From positions 2,336,001 through 2,400,000 of the forward strand of contig CAXXTB010000002.1 of NCBI GenBank assembly GCA_963676795.2: DNA of 64,000 bases, written 5' to 3'. The position numbers and the translations under genes were made by a program. Shown here piece by piece: positions 1 through 10,042 of this stretch; within the stretch, counting starts at the first letter, position 1; each line of letters begins with the position of its first letter. Source of the DNA: Geopsychrobacteraceae bacterium. GTDB lineage: Bacteria; Desulfobacterota; Desulfuromonadia; Desulfuromonadales; Geopsychrobacteraceae. The notes under the pieces are model-generated. The model searched no databases. It saw only the letters and a list, made by a program, of their open reading frames with translations, and was not told the DNA's origin.

Positions 1-2
1 GT

Positions 3-269
3 GCCCTGTCCCGCCTGCTGGTTGTCGCCGAACGCTACCCGGATCTCAAGGCCAGCGAGAACTTTCGCGATCTCCAGCATCAGCTCGAAGGAACGGAAAA
101 CCGTATTAATGTCGCCCGTCAGCGTTACAATGCAGCGGTTCAGGAGTTCAACACCTCGATCCGGGTCTTCCCCAACAGCATGACCAACAGCCTGTTCCTC
201 CACCTGGAAAGAAAAGAAGCGTTCAAGGCTGATGCCGGGGCCGCCACCGCTCCCAAGGTGAACTTCTGA
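3..269 (+). CDS. lemA: LemA family protein, C-terminal part (5' end outside window)
   Basis: Not in ORF track. Frame from nt 3 reads [43 protein letters not shown]...APKVNF*, with the LemA motifs ERYPDLKA and [11 protein letters not shown] overlaps the next ATG. Confidence 0.92.
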   Translation, partial: ALSRLLVVAERYPDLKASENFRDLQHQLEGTENRINVARQRYNAAVQEFNTSIRVFPNSMTNSLFLHLERKEAFKADAGAATAPKVNF

Positions 270-991
270 TGCGTTCAATCATCGTTTCAATGGTCCTGCT
301 GCTGACGACAGTCCTGCCGGCAGCAGCGCTCGACGTACCCAAGGCCCACGACTACGTCAACGACAAGGCTAACGTCATCTCCGACACGGTCGAGTTGAAA
401 CTCAACCAGTTTCTCCGTCAGTTCGAGCAGAGTGACTCAACCCAGATCGTGGTGCTGACCATTTCGACCCTGGAGGGGGAAGCACTTGAGGAGTACGCAC
501 TTAAGGTACTCGAGGCCTGGGGAGTCGGGCAAAAGGACAAGGACAACGGCGCCCTGCTGCTGATCGCCAAAGATGAGCGCAAGATCCGCATCGAGGCCGG
601 CTACGGGCTTGAAGGCCGGCTGACCGACCTGCTCGCCGGGCGGATCATAGATAACGAGATCACCCCGCGCTTCAGACAGGGGGATTTTGACGGCGGCGTG
701 GTTGCCGGTGCGGTCGCTATGGCCGAAGCGGTACGCGGCGAATATCAGGGCACAGGGACCACAACGACCAAGAAGAAAAAAAGCCCGATCGGCCTGATCT
801 TCTTCCTTTTCTTCCTCGGGCCGATATTGCTGCGTCTCTTCTTCGGTGGCGGAAGCGATGGCCGCAGCGGCCGATACTATGGCGGCCCCTTCATCGGCGG
901 CGGCTTTGGTGGCGGCGGTGGATTCGGTGGCGGCGGCTTCTCCGGCGGCGGTGGAGGCGGAGGCGGCGGCGGCGCTTCCGGTGGTTGGTAG
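269..991 (+). CDS. TPM domain protein (YgcG-like) with Gly-rich C-tail
   Basis: Signal peptide, WGVGQKDKDNGALLLIA..ERKIRIEAGYGLEG motif, TM helix, GGG tail ending GASGGW; usual LemA neighbour. Confidence 0.9.
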   Translation: MRSIIVSMVLLLTTVLPAAALDVPKAHDYVNDKANVISDTVELKLNQFLRQFEQSDSTQIVVLTISTLEGEALEEYALKVLEAWGVGQKDKDNGALLLIAKDERKIRIEAGYGLEGRLTDLLAGRIIDNEITPRFRQGDFDGGVVAGAVAMAEAVRGEYQGTGTTTTKKKKSPIGLIFFLFFLGPILLRLFFGGGSDGRSGRYYGGPFIGGGFGGGGGFGGGGFSGGGGGGGGGGASGGW

Positions 992-1059
992 AGCTCCTGC
1001 GGAGCGATTTCAAATCTCAGCCCTGAAATTTCAGATTCAAACTGGTTAAGGCCAATACT

Positions 1060-1695
1060 ATGAAATCAGCAGAAAACTTTTTTACCCCCGAAGAACAACA
1101 ACGGATCGAAGCTGCGGTCAATGCTGCCGAAGCACTGACCAGCGGGGAAATCGTGCCGATGGTCATCGACAGCTCCTATGAATACCCCAGAGCCGAGCTG
1201 ATCGGCGGCGGGACACTGGCCCTCGGCATCGGCCTGCTGATCAGTTGGTGGTTCGGTGGCGACTCGATCTGGTGGTTCTTCCCAGCCTTTGTCATCGCTT
1301 TTGTGCTGATCTATCTCTCGATCAGAACCTGTCCCTTTCTCAAACGCAAGATGATCCACCCGAACGAGATGTCCGTCGAAACGAAAGAAAAAGCGATCGT
1401 CTCCTTTATGGAACAGGGACTCCACGAAACCAGGGACAAGACCGGCATCCTGATTCTTATTTCGCTCTTTGAGCGCCGGGTCGTGGTACTCGCCGACAGC
1501 GGCATCAACGCCAAGGTTCCCGAACATACCTGGGATGAGATTGTCGAGACGATCCTTAAGGGGATCAAACAGGGACAGGCCTGTGACGCCCTGTGCCAGG
1601 CGATCGGCCGCTGCGGTGAACTGTTGAGCGAGAGATTCCCCCGCAAAGAGGATGATACAGATGAACTACCGAACCTGATTCTCGGCAAAGACTGA
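1060..1695 (+). CDS. TPM domain membrane protein
   Basis: AEALTSGEIV, two TM helices, TRDKTGILILISLFERRVVVLADSGI, DELPN end. Confidence 0.85.
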   Translation: MKSAENFFTPEEQQRIEAAVNAAEALTSGEIVPMVIDSSYEYPRAELIGGGTLALGIGLLISWWFGGDSIWWFFPAFVIAFVLIYLSIRTCPFLKRKMIHPNEMSVETKEKAIVSFMEQGLHETRDKTGILILISLFERRVVVLADSGINAKVPEHTWDEIVETILKGIKQGQACDALCQAIGRCGELLSERFPRKEDDTDELPNLILGKD

Positions 1696-1901
1696 ACAAT
1701 AAAATGTCCTTCAAAAACAGCCCCCGGAGCACGAATAACTCCGGGGCCTTATCAAGCAACTAACAAATCTGCATTTCTGCAACAAAATCCCTAAACAAAG
1801 ACAAAAATAATAGCGATTGAGTTATGAATTGAAGCAGATGAGATGCCTGTGATAAATAACCACATCTTTGCATATTTTTTTTCATGACGATCGGAGGACC
1901 T

Positions 1902-3533
1902 ATGATCTACCGCCTGCTTTTAGTGCTGTTTACAGCTGTAAGTCTCTGCTCAATCACCGCCACAACCAAGGCCGCAACCCTGGAAACCTATTCCCAATGG
2001 GGTGGCACCACTTCAATAAGCTCTTTTGGTGAGACAAATACCGCGACCTACGGTCAGACCTTTACCGCTACCGCCGACATGGGGTCCTTAAGCTCCTTCA
2101 CCTTCTATATCAACGATTCTGTCGATCCCGACTATGTCGATTTCAAGGGCTATGTTGCTAGTTGGGACGGAACCAAAGCCACAACGATTCTCTTTACCAG
2201 TGCAAGTATGAGCACCAGCAACAACGGCGGGTCTGACGGCTTTGAAACGATCACCGTCAGCACCGGCGGCGTAAGCCTCACTGCAGGGCAACAGTACGTT
2301 GTCTTCCTCTGCGCTTCTGACGATTTTGACGGCGTCAATGGCACCTCAGTGTGGGGGCGTGTCGATGACAGTGCCTACACAGATGGCACCTTCGTGTACC
2401 TCAACAATGGCAGCGACTTTTCACTTCTCTCAACAGCAACTTGGAGTACTTGGGGTGGAGACTTGGCTTTCATCCTAGAATATCTGGAAGCTCTTCAGGG
2501 TCCGGACAGTGACTTCATCGCACTGCATACGGCGGTGCCGCTGGTAGCACTGGAGAGCGTCTCAGCCTTTCATAAGCGTGCCAGCAACAGGCTGGTGCAT
2601 CTGCGCACGGCCGGAAGCGCGGCGTATGCCAGAACCAACCCACTGGCCGGCGTCCAACTGGCCTACAACGGCGATGTCCAGAATTTGATGCGCACCTCAG
2701 TGGCTGAGAAAAACAAACACTTCTGGGGCGAGTTTTACGGGATGACAGGCAAGATCGATGGCGATGACAGCCTCTCCGGATACGATTACAACACCGGTGG
2801 ATTGGTGCTCGGTGGCGACTTCAGAACTCCTCAGGATATTTATCTGGGCGCCTTCGCCGGCATCGGCTCCAGCCGTGGTCAAACCGATGTCGAGGACGAT
2901 TTCAGCGCGGAAAATTATCAGCTCGGCGTTTACGGCACCTATGCGCAAGAGTCGTACTACCTCGACGGCGTATTGTCCTACACCAAAGGAGATTTCAACT
3001 CAAAACGAGCCACCACTTCAGGCACCGCCCGCGGCGACTACCAGGGGGACGAATTCGGAGCATCAGTCAAGCTCGGCTACATCTTCGCTAAAGACAAGAT
3101 CACCTTCGAACCCTTTGTCGGGTCCGATTATGTCCACATCAGCCAGGAACATTTTTCCGAGACCGGTGCCGGCAGCCTCAACATGGCTGTTGACGGCCGT
3201 GACTTCGACTCCTGGAAGGTTCTCGGTGGCTATCGCCTCAGCGCCACCTTTCAACCGAAAAAAGACTCCATCTTCGTCGCTGATTTCAAATGCGCCTTCA
3301 AGCACGAACTCGCAGATGACAACGATGTTGTAACAACCAACTTCGTCGACTCTCCGGCAGCGAGCGATTTTGTCGTTGAGGGCATCGAGGTCAGCCGTTC
3401 AAGCATTGAACTCGGCACCGGCCTGCGCCTGCTGCAAAAAAATAACGTGGATATGAATATCGACCTAGCCACCAATCTCAGTGGCGATCAACAGTCCTAT
3501 AGTGCAGGGATCGGCATGCAGTACAGCTGGTAA
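1902..3533 (+). CDS. Autotransporter (short passenger plus C-terminal beta-barrel)
   Basis: Signal peptide, ~170 aa beta-rich passenger, linker, amphipathic barrel ending MQYSW; GGAGGA RBS before ATG 1902. Confidence 0.85.
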   Translation: MIYRLLLVLFTAVSLCSITATTKAATLETYSQWGGTTSISSFGETNTATYGQTFTATADMGSLSSFTFYINDSVDPDYVDFKGYVASWDGTKATTILFTSASMSTSNNGGSDGFETITVSTGGVSLTAGQQYVVFLCASDDFDGVNGTSVWGRVDDSAYTDGTFVYLNNGSDFSLLSTATWSTWGGDLAFILEYLEALQGPDSDFIALHTAVPLVALESVSAFHKRASNRLVHLRTAGSAAYARTNPLAGVQLAYNGDVQNLMRTSVAEKNKHFWGEFYGMTGKIDGDDSLSGYDYNTGGLVLGGDFRTPQDIYLGAFAGIGSSRGQTDVEDDFSAENYQLGVYGTYAQESYYLDGVLSYTKGDFNSKRATTSGTARGDYQGDEFGASVKLGYIFAKDKITFEPFVGSDYVHISQEHFSETGAGSLNMAVDGRDFDSWKVLGGYRLSATFQPKKDSIFVADFKCAFKHELADDNDVVTTNFVDSPAASDFVVEGIEVSRSSIELGTGLRLLQKNNVDMNIDLATNLSGDQQSYSAGIGMQYSW

Positions 3534-3573
3534 AGTCTGCATTAAGATTTCCAGCATTACACAGATCACATCC

Positions 3574-3606
3574 AAAGCTCTGGTTCTTGATGAGCCAGAG
3601 CTTTTT
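3574..3606 (+). terminator. Intrinsic terminator
   Basis: AAAGCTCTGG..CCAGAGCTTTTT hairpin with T tract. Confidence 0.75.
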
Positions 3607-3775
3607 ACATAGTGCAACAATACAAAAGCAACAGTAGCCAGCAATACGAAGATACGATCTTTATCACCAACTCTGTTGAAATGTACTCAAAAGGTTACAA
3701 GAACCTGTATTGCTTCTCATCATCCATGAAAAATCGACAATGGTCATTGCCGATTCAAATCAAAATGTGATGAAC

Positions 3776-4912
3776 CTATCCTCTGCTTAGAGCAATAACG
3801 GCAGCAACCTGAAGTGCAGTAACGCGGATATTGGTTTTGGCTGCATCCAAAGCCTGTGCAAGAGTACAGGGCCCAGTAACCACACTGAACAATGCGCTGA
3901 TTCCACATTGTTTGAGATTTTCCACCCCCTCACCCAAGCTGCCAGCAAAGGCAATCACCGGAACATTATAGCGGGCGGCGACCCCGGCAACCCCGGCAGG
4001 AGCTTTGCCGTTGACCGTCTGACCATCAATACGCCCTTCGCCGGTAATCACCAGATCGGCATCCTTGACCTGCGCTTCAAAACCGATGGCGTCAAGCACG
4101 ATTGTCACTCCGGGTTTCAGCTTCGCGCCAAGAAAAGCCAACAGTGCAGCGCCCATCCCGCCGGCAGCACCGGCACCGGGAGAGTCGGAGATATCCTGCC
4201 CAAGATCGCGACGGACAACCGTGGCGAACCTGGCCAGACATATATCCAGTCGTTCAACCATCTCAGCTGTCGCCCCTTTCTGCGGACCGAACACCGCTGA
4301 AGCACCATTGTCACCGGTCAGCGGATTGGTCACATCGCAGGCGACTTCGATACAGGATTCAGCGATACGCGGATCGAGACCGCTGATATCGATCCGCTCA
4401 AGCATCTCCAGAACAGCGCCACCAGAACCGAGCTCCTTTCCGTCGCAATCCAGAAATTGAACACCCAGCGCCTGCAGCATACCGGCGCCGGCATCGTTGG
4501 TGGCACTACCGCCGATGCCGATGATGAAATGCCGATACCCACCATCGAGAGCATGACGGATCAATTCCCCGGTTCCGTAACTGGTGGTCAACAGAGGATC
4601 GCGCTGCTCCAGCGGCACCAGCATCAACCCGCTGGCTGCGGCCATCTCGATGACAGCTGTCCGGCCATCGCCGCAGACGCCGTAACGGGCGGTGATCCGG
4701 TTGCCGAGCGGAGCCGTCACTTCGGCCTCGACCAGACGGCCACCGGTCGCCGCAACCAGAGCATCCACCGTCCCTTCCCCGCCGTCAGCAATCGGCAGCT
4801 TAAAATAATCAGCCTCAGAAAAAATCTCTTTGAAACCGGACTCAATCGCTTCAGCGACTTCTGCAGCAGACAGGCTTTCTTTAAATGAATCGGGAGCAAT
4901 AATGATTTTCAT
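3776..4912 (-). CDS. Glycerate kinase (class I, GarK/GlxK)
   Basis: MKIIIAPDSFKESL, ADGGEGT, GIGGSATNDAG, GAAGG, TGEGRIDGQT motifs. Confidence 0.95.
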   Translation of the reverse strand: MKIIIAPDSFKESLSAAEVAEAIESGFKEIFSEADYFKLPIADGGEGTVDALVAATGGRLVEAEVTAPLGNRITARYGVCGDGRTAVIEMAAASGLMLVPLEQRDPLLTTSYGTGELIRHALDGGYRHFIIGIGGSATNDAGAGMLQALGVQFLDCDGKELGSGGAVLEMLERIDISGLDPRIAESCIEVACDVTNPLTGDNGASAVFGPQKGATAEMVERLDICLARFATVVRRDLGQDISDSPGAGAAGGMGAALLAFLGAKLKPGVTIVLDAIGFEAQVKDADLVITGEGRIDGQTVNGKAPAGVAGVAARYNVPVIAFAGSLGEGVENLKQCGISALFSVVTGPCTLAQALDAAKTNIRVTALQVAAVIALSRG

Positions 4913-5130
4913 CGGGCAGGCCATTCGGTTAAAGGCTAGCAAGGGAAGACAATGTTCTTTCTCATCATAGCGCAAGAGCAGTTTGAGCTCAAAACCTGAC
5001 AAATATCTTGTGTCATTCGACGCTATCCTTTCAGAAAGAAGAATGAGAATCGCAATGACAGGCTCTCTCGGCTATAATTGAATCATTTAATTTCCAGTTA
5101 TCTGGGTGTATTCTTTGTAAAGGGCCGCAA

Positions 5131-6888
5131 ATGAAGCAGACGTATTACATCATCGCCTTTTTCTGCCTCTTGCTATTTGTCGCCTGCCCTCTGGCCGCAC
5201 ATGCTGAAAATGCGCCACCGCAACCGCAAAATACTCCACTGAATATCCTGATCATTTCATCCCATGGCAAGGATTTCCCATCTCAATATATGCTGGAAAA
5301 AGGACTCAGAAAGGTTCTCGATGAGCAGCATATCGAATACGACCTCTATTTTGAATTCATGTACGCACCACGCAAAAATAACGAAGAGTTCCAAAACGTT
5401 TTCTTCGACTACCTTGCAGAAAAGTACCGATCCGTATCATTCGATTTTCTGGTCGGCTGGGACGATGAGGCCAATGTTTTCCTGACCCGCTATCCGGACC
5501 TGATTCCTCAAGCGAAAAGGATCTACCTGCAGAAGCCAGAACAACTGCAACTCAGCCAACGGAACCTCTACGCTGATATCGATCTGAAGGCGAATTACCG
5601 CGCCTCTCTCGAAAGGATGCTCTCCGTAGAGAATCCTCAGCGGCTCCTGGTCATTGGTTCTGACAAAAACATTTCTGCCAAAGCCCGGATCGAGGATTTT
5701 CAAAAGGCTTTTGCAACCATCAATCCGGAGATAGATATCGAGTACCTGATCGACATCCCGTTACCGGCGCTGAAAAAACGTCTCTCCGAAGAACCAAGAG
5801 GCAGAACAGCAGCGCTCTATCTGCTGATTTTTTACGATGAGAACAACAGACCGGCAACCCCCTATGCCATAGCGGCAAGCCTGGCCAGCAGCTCAAATAT
5901 TCCGATTTATTCCTTCTGGGAAAGCTTGATGGGCAGTGGTCTGGTCGGCGGCTATATCGTCAGCCAAGAGCGATTTGGTGAAATACTCGGCAACATCATC
6001 CTCTCCCCTCCAGAGCAGGTCACAGTCGACCTGTCACCGATGCGCGAGGTCTATGACTGGGCCGCCATTGAACGATGGAATATCGACCAGGATAAAATTC
6101 CACAGGATGCCCTGATCATCCATCCGCCGCCAAAGCTGCTGAAGGAATATTATCCGCATATCATCATTGGAATTTTCTTTATTGTCATACAGATGTTTTT
6201 CATCGCTCATCTGATCCTCAACCGGCGTAAACGACTCAAGGCGGAACTGGAGTTACGACAACACAAGGAACAGTTGGAACAACTGGTCACAGCACGGACC
6301 AAGGAGCTGTCTGACTCGTACCGGGAGCTTGAAGAAAGCCAGGAACGCTTCCGCAGCCTCTCCGATGCCGCCGTTGAGGGGTTGGCCTTCATCAGCGAGG
6401 GGCGGATCATCGAAATCAACAGGTCAATGGCCAATATCGTCGAATATCCCTTCAAAGAGATCGTCGGCCGTAATGTCCTCGATTTTGTCACTCCCGACCA
6501 GCAGGAGGTCGTGCGCAACAATATCCTCAGCGATTACCAACTCCCCTACGAGACCCTGCTCGTCAACAAAAAAGGGGAAGCTTTTCCTGTCAGTATTCAG
6601 GGAAGAACCTTCACCTCCCGCGGGAAACAGGTCAGAGTCGCCGCGGTACGCGATCTGCGCGAGTTAAAGACCGCAGAAGAAGAGATCAAAACCCTCCAGG
6701 GTATTCTGCCGATCTGCTCCTCCTGCAAAAAAATCCGCGATGATCAAGGTTACTGGAGCAAGCTCGAAGAATACATCCAAAACCATAGCGAAGCGGTTTT
6801 CTCCCACGGCTTGTGCAATGACTGTACGAAAGAACTGTATGGAGATGAGCCCTGGTATGACAAGCTCGACGATAAATTGAAAGACTGA
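5131..6888 (+). CDS. Membrane sensor: periplasmic binding-like domain, TM, coiled coil, PAS, Cys/His-rich C-terminal module; no kinase domain
   Basis: Signal peptide, TM near aa 343-363, ERFRSLSDAA PAS start, LPICSSCKKIRD..SHGLCNDC tail. Confidence 0.75.
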   Translation: MKQTYYIIAFFCLLLFVACPLAAHAENAPPQPQNTPLNILIISSHGKDFPSQYMLEKGLRKVLDEQHIEYDLYFEFMYAPRKNNEEFQNVFFDYLAEKYRSVSFDFLVGWDDEANVFLTRYPDLIPQAKRIYLQKPEQLQLSQRNLYADIDLKANYRASLERMLSVENPQRLLVIGSDKNISAKARIEDFQKAFATINPEIDIEYLIDIPLPALKKRLSEEPRGRTAALYLLIFYDENNRPATPYAIAASLASSSNIPIYSFWESLMGSGLVGGYIVSQERFGEILGNIILSPPEQVTVDLSPMREVYDWAAIERWNIDQDKIPQDALIIHPPPKLLKEYYPHIIIGIFFIVIQMFFIAHLILNRRKRLKAELELRQHKEQLEQLVTARTKELSDSYRELEESQERFRSLSDAAVEGLAFISEGRIIEINRSMANIVEYPFKEIVGRNVLDFVTPDQQEVVRNNILSDYQLPYETLLVNKKGEAFPVSIQGRTFTSRGKQVRVAAVRDLRELKTAEEEIKTLQGILPICSSCKKIRDDQGYWSKLEEYIQNHSEAVFSHGLCNDCTKELYGDEPWYDKLDDKLKD

Positions 6889-6970
6889 CCTGCCAGTAAT
6901 AACGGCAGACCGAATGGCGATTTTCAAAATAACGCCCCTTCTCACTCCGTGCCTTGATATTTCTTCAACC

Positions 6971-6986
6971 TGTGACCTGAATCACA
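6971..6986. promoter_or_regulatory. CRP/FNR-family box
   Basis: TGTGA-CCTGAA-TCACA, exact TGTGA-N6-TCACA, upstream of the AAA gene. Confidence 0.55.
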
Positions 6987-7007
6987 GTTTCTTGTCCCTC
7001 TCTTGAT

Positions 7008-7026
7008 GATAATGATTTTCATTTAG
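7008..7026. promoter_or_regulatory. Fur-family box
   Basis: GATAATGATTTTCATTTAG, 14/19 match to GATAATGATAATCATTATC. Confidence 0.55.
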
Positions 7027-7055
7027 CCAATCAAACATGCTGAATGGGATGCCAT

Positions 7056-8063
7056 ATGTTGAACAGATTCAATTTTGCCGGCCAGTCATTACCGATCAAT
7101 CCGGATTCCAGCGATTTTCTCCCTGAAATCAGTCACTTTGTCGACGAAGCCCTGGAACCAGACAACATTGCAGGAATCATGGCAGCCATCCGCTTTGGCT
7201 ACCCGGTCCTCCTTGAAGGACCGACCGGTTCCGGCAAGACCTCCGTCATCCGCTGGCTGGCTCGCCAGACCAACAACTCCTACCGGCGTATCCAGCTCAA
7301 CGGCTCGACGACGATTGAGAACTTCGTCGGCAAGTACCTGCTCAGTAGCGAAGGAACCTACTGGATCGACGGCATCCTGACCGATGCCATGCGCAAGGGA
7401 CACTGGCTGCTGCTCGACGAAATCAACGCAGCGCTGCCGGAAGTGCTCTTCGTCATCAACAGTATCCTCGACGATGATCGCGCCCTGATCCTCGACCAGA
7501 AAGAGGACCGGGAGGTTGTCACCCCCCACCCGAACTTCAGGCTCTTTGCCGCCATGAACCCATGGCAGGACTATGCCGGCACCAAGGAACTGAATAAATC
7601 GCAGCTCGATCGTTTCGTCAAATTCCAGTACGACTATCTGAGCGAAGCGGATGAGAGCAAGATCGTCGCCGAACAGGCCGGTATCGCCGAATCGCTGGGC
7701 CAGGATGACCGTCATGACGATCCACTGGCGCTGCGCATGGTGAAGATTGCCAACATCATAAGGCGCATGGAAGCCAACGCAGAAATCACCGCGGTCTGCT
7801 CGACCCGCCAGCTGATTCAGTGGGCCAAAATGTGCCACGCCCTCGACATCAAAAAGGCCGCACGTTTCACCCTGCTCAACAAATATGACGCTGAGGAACG
7901 CCAACTGATCGCCAACGAGATCGATAAATTCTTTGCCGACGGCGAATCCTTTGCCACCTATCAGAAACAGCAGAGCAGAGAATCACACCACAGCAGAGCG
8001 GCTGCACTGGCCAAGAGTTGCTACATCGACACCGATATCGCCCGGCAGAAAGCCGCTGTCTGA
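7056..8063 (+). CDS. MoxR-clade AAA+ ATPase (CbbQ/NirQ/NorQ/CobS-like); start could be 7044
   Basis: Walker A GPTGSGKT, Walker B LLLDEIN, HPNFRLFAAMNP, YAGTKELNKSQLDRF, STRQL. Confidence 0.9.
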   Translation: MLNRFNFAGQSLPINPDSSDFLPEISHFVDEALEPDNIAGIMAAIRFGYPVLLEGPTGSGKTSVIRWLARQTNNSYRRIQLNGSTTIENFVGKYLLSSEGTYWIDGILTDAMRKGHWLLLDEINAALPEVLFVINSILDDDRALILDQKEDREVVTPHPNFRLFAAMNPWQDYAGTKELNKSQLDRFVKFQYDYLSEADESKIVAEQAGIAESLGQDDRHDDPLALRMVKIANIIRRMEANAEITAVCSTRQLIQWAKMCHALDIKKAARFTLLNKYDAEERQLIANEIDKFFADGESFATYQKQQSRESHHSRAAALAKSCYIDTDIARQKAAV

Positions 8064-8093
8064 TTTTACGTCCCCCTTGCCGGAGAATTCCCA

Positions 8094-9947
8094 ATGCAAC
8101 AGCATCCTGATTATTCAGACGCACAACTCAAGCAGCAACTGACCAACCTGGTCAAGACGACCCTGGAGCAGGACCTGGACTTTGAGGAAGGCAAGGCCTG
8201 GGGCTATCATCCACAGAGGAGGACGATCACCTACCCCCGAGACGGGGCTGGCGGGCTTGAAACAACACCAAAACGCAGCTTACTCGGATCGCTCTATCAT
8301 GAAATCGCTCATGCGACATACAGCAGCGACCTCAATGCAGTTGAAATCATTGACTTCAGGGAAGAGTACCAGACACTGCTTCACGCCCTGGAAGATATCC
8401 GCGTCGAAAAAAAACTACAAAAGCGTTTTCCGGGGGTTGCTGATAACTTCAAAGCTGCTGTAAGCTGTTCCCAGTATCATCATTCGGATGAGGCTCTCGC
8501 AGAGATGCCCGCTCATTTGAATGTCCTGAGCAATGTCAAACGCTTCTACTCCATGCAGAAGCTGCTCTTTTCCTCGGCAAGGGCTGCCGATTTCTTTTAC
8601 CGGAACATCCTCAGAATCGACAAACTGGTTGGTTGTGAAACAACTGAAGAACTGACAGGAGGTGTCACCCATGAAATCTGGCCCGCATACAAAAAGCTCA
8701 TCGCCATTTACTCCGGCCGTCAAAACGGTAGCGACGATTACGCCGGACGGGATAACGACCTGCATCAAGATAAAGCCCCGTCACAAGACGGCTGCGACCC
8801 GGACGACTGTGAGCAATGTGATAACAGTCATGCGCAAGACAGCCCGCAACAAAATGACGATCAGGACCTGATTCCACAGAACCAGCAGAGCGAGTGCCAG
8901 AATTTCGCGATCGAAGCTGAAGACTTCTCGATCGAACAGGGCATCGCCATGAGCTTGAGCATGGAGGAAAACGATTCCGCTCTGGAGCAGGAAGCCAGGT
9001 TTTCCTTCTCGAATGCCGGTATCTCCACGGGAGAGGGGGACAAACAGAAAACCGCCCAGTACCGGCTGCCTGAAAACGCTCAACAATCCGGCGAAGAACA
9101 GGCTGATGACAAAGAGGACAAATCCTCCCGGGATCATCTGCGTCAAAATGGCAGGCTGCTCTGCTACGAAGATATTTTCACAACGGAGCTTCAGGAGCAG
9201 AAGAAGCTGTTTGTCAAAAAGCTTGGCAGTATCCTGCGCGATAACAACAATGAAAGAATCGGCGGGGCTTTCAGCGAAGGAACCCTGAACAGCACCCTGC
9301 TCTACCGTTTCAGGTGCAACAGCGACCGGGTTTTCAGCCGCAAGCTGCTGCGCTCTCACAAGCACTACAACATCTCGTTGCTGATTGACGAAAGCTCAAG
9401 CATGCGCGGTGAGCGCATCATCCATACCGCCCAGGCCGCCGCACTGCTCTGTGAGGTCCTGCAGAGCGTCAACCTGTCGTTTCAGGTGATCGGCTTCAAC
9501 AGCGACATCCGCATCTACAAGAGATTTCAGGAAAAGCTCGACGCCAGGGTGAGACGGCGCATGGAAGAGATCATTCCGGCGGCAGAACACTGGAATGCGG
9601 GGTACACCAACGACGCCGGCGCCATCACCATCAGCTCTCACCTGACACGTAATCAACCGGACGGGGAAAACATCATCCTGATCCTGACCGATGGCCGCTC
9701 CAATCTGCCGAGTAAACGGATCCCGCTGCAGTACCGGTCATTCTTTCCCAAAAACTGCGAAACCTATCGCCACCTGACCGCCTCCGCCGAGATCCGCAAA
9801 GTAATGACCGACAGCCTGGTCATCGGTATCGGCATCGACTACGACGAAGTTCGCGAGAACTACCCTGTCTCCATCGTCAACCGGGAGATCGACAAGCTCT
9901 CCGTTCAGGTGCTGAATCTGCTGCAGAAATATATCGTGCGCGGCTAG
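8094..9947 (+). CDS. CobT/NorD-like protein: N-terminal HExxH region, acidic linker, C-terminal VWA
   Basis: YHEIAH..LEDIRVE, D/E/Q-rich linker, MIDAS LLIDESSSM, LTDG, IGIGI. Confidence 0.8.
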   Translation: MQQHPDYSDAQLKQQLTNLVKTTLEQDLDFEEGKAWGYHPQRRTITYPRDGAGGLETTPKRSLLGSLYHEIAHATYSSDLNAVEIIDFREEYQTLLHALEDIRVEKKLQKRFPGVADNFKAAVSCSQYHHSDEALAEMPAHLNVLSNVKRFYSMQKLLFSSARAADFFYRNILRIDKLVGCETTEELTGGVTHEIWPAYKKLIAIYSGRQNGSDDYAGRDNDLHQDKAPSQDGCDPDDCEQCDNSHAQDSPQQNDDQDLIPQNQQSECQNFAIEAEDFSIEQGIAMSLSMEENDSALEQEARFSFSNAGISTGEGDKQKTAQYRLPENAQQSGEEQADDKEDKSSRDHLRQNGRLLCYEDIFTTELQEQKKLFVKKLGSILRDNNNERIGGAFSEGTLNSTLLYRFRCNSDRVFSRKLLRSHKHYNISLLIDESSSMRGERIIHTAQAAALLCEVLQSVNLSFQVIGFNSDIRIYKRFQEKLDARVRRRMEEIIPAAEHWNAGYTNDAGAITISSHLTRNQPDGENIILILTDGRSNLPSKRIPLQYRSFFPKNCETYRHLTASAEIRKVMTDSLVIGIGIDYDEVRENYPVSIVNREIDKLSVQVLNLLQKYIVRG

Positions 9948-10042
9948 GAATCTGTCGGACGTTACATGAGTCTGCTGCAAAACCATCCGCTACTTCTGGC
10001 ATAAAAATCTCACGCGGACCGCGAACGTACCAGGTTCGGGGG

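Noticed and set aside
1..183. 60-aa track ORF
   Set aside because: Wrong frame; the LemA frame starts at nt 3
895..988. GGC/GGT tandem repeat
   Set aside because: Encodes the normal Gly-rich tail of TPM proteins; not a CRISPR or contingency repeat
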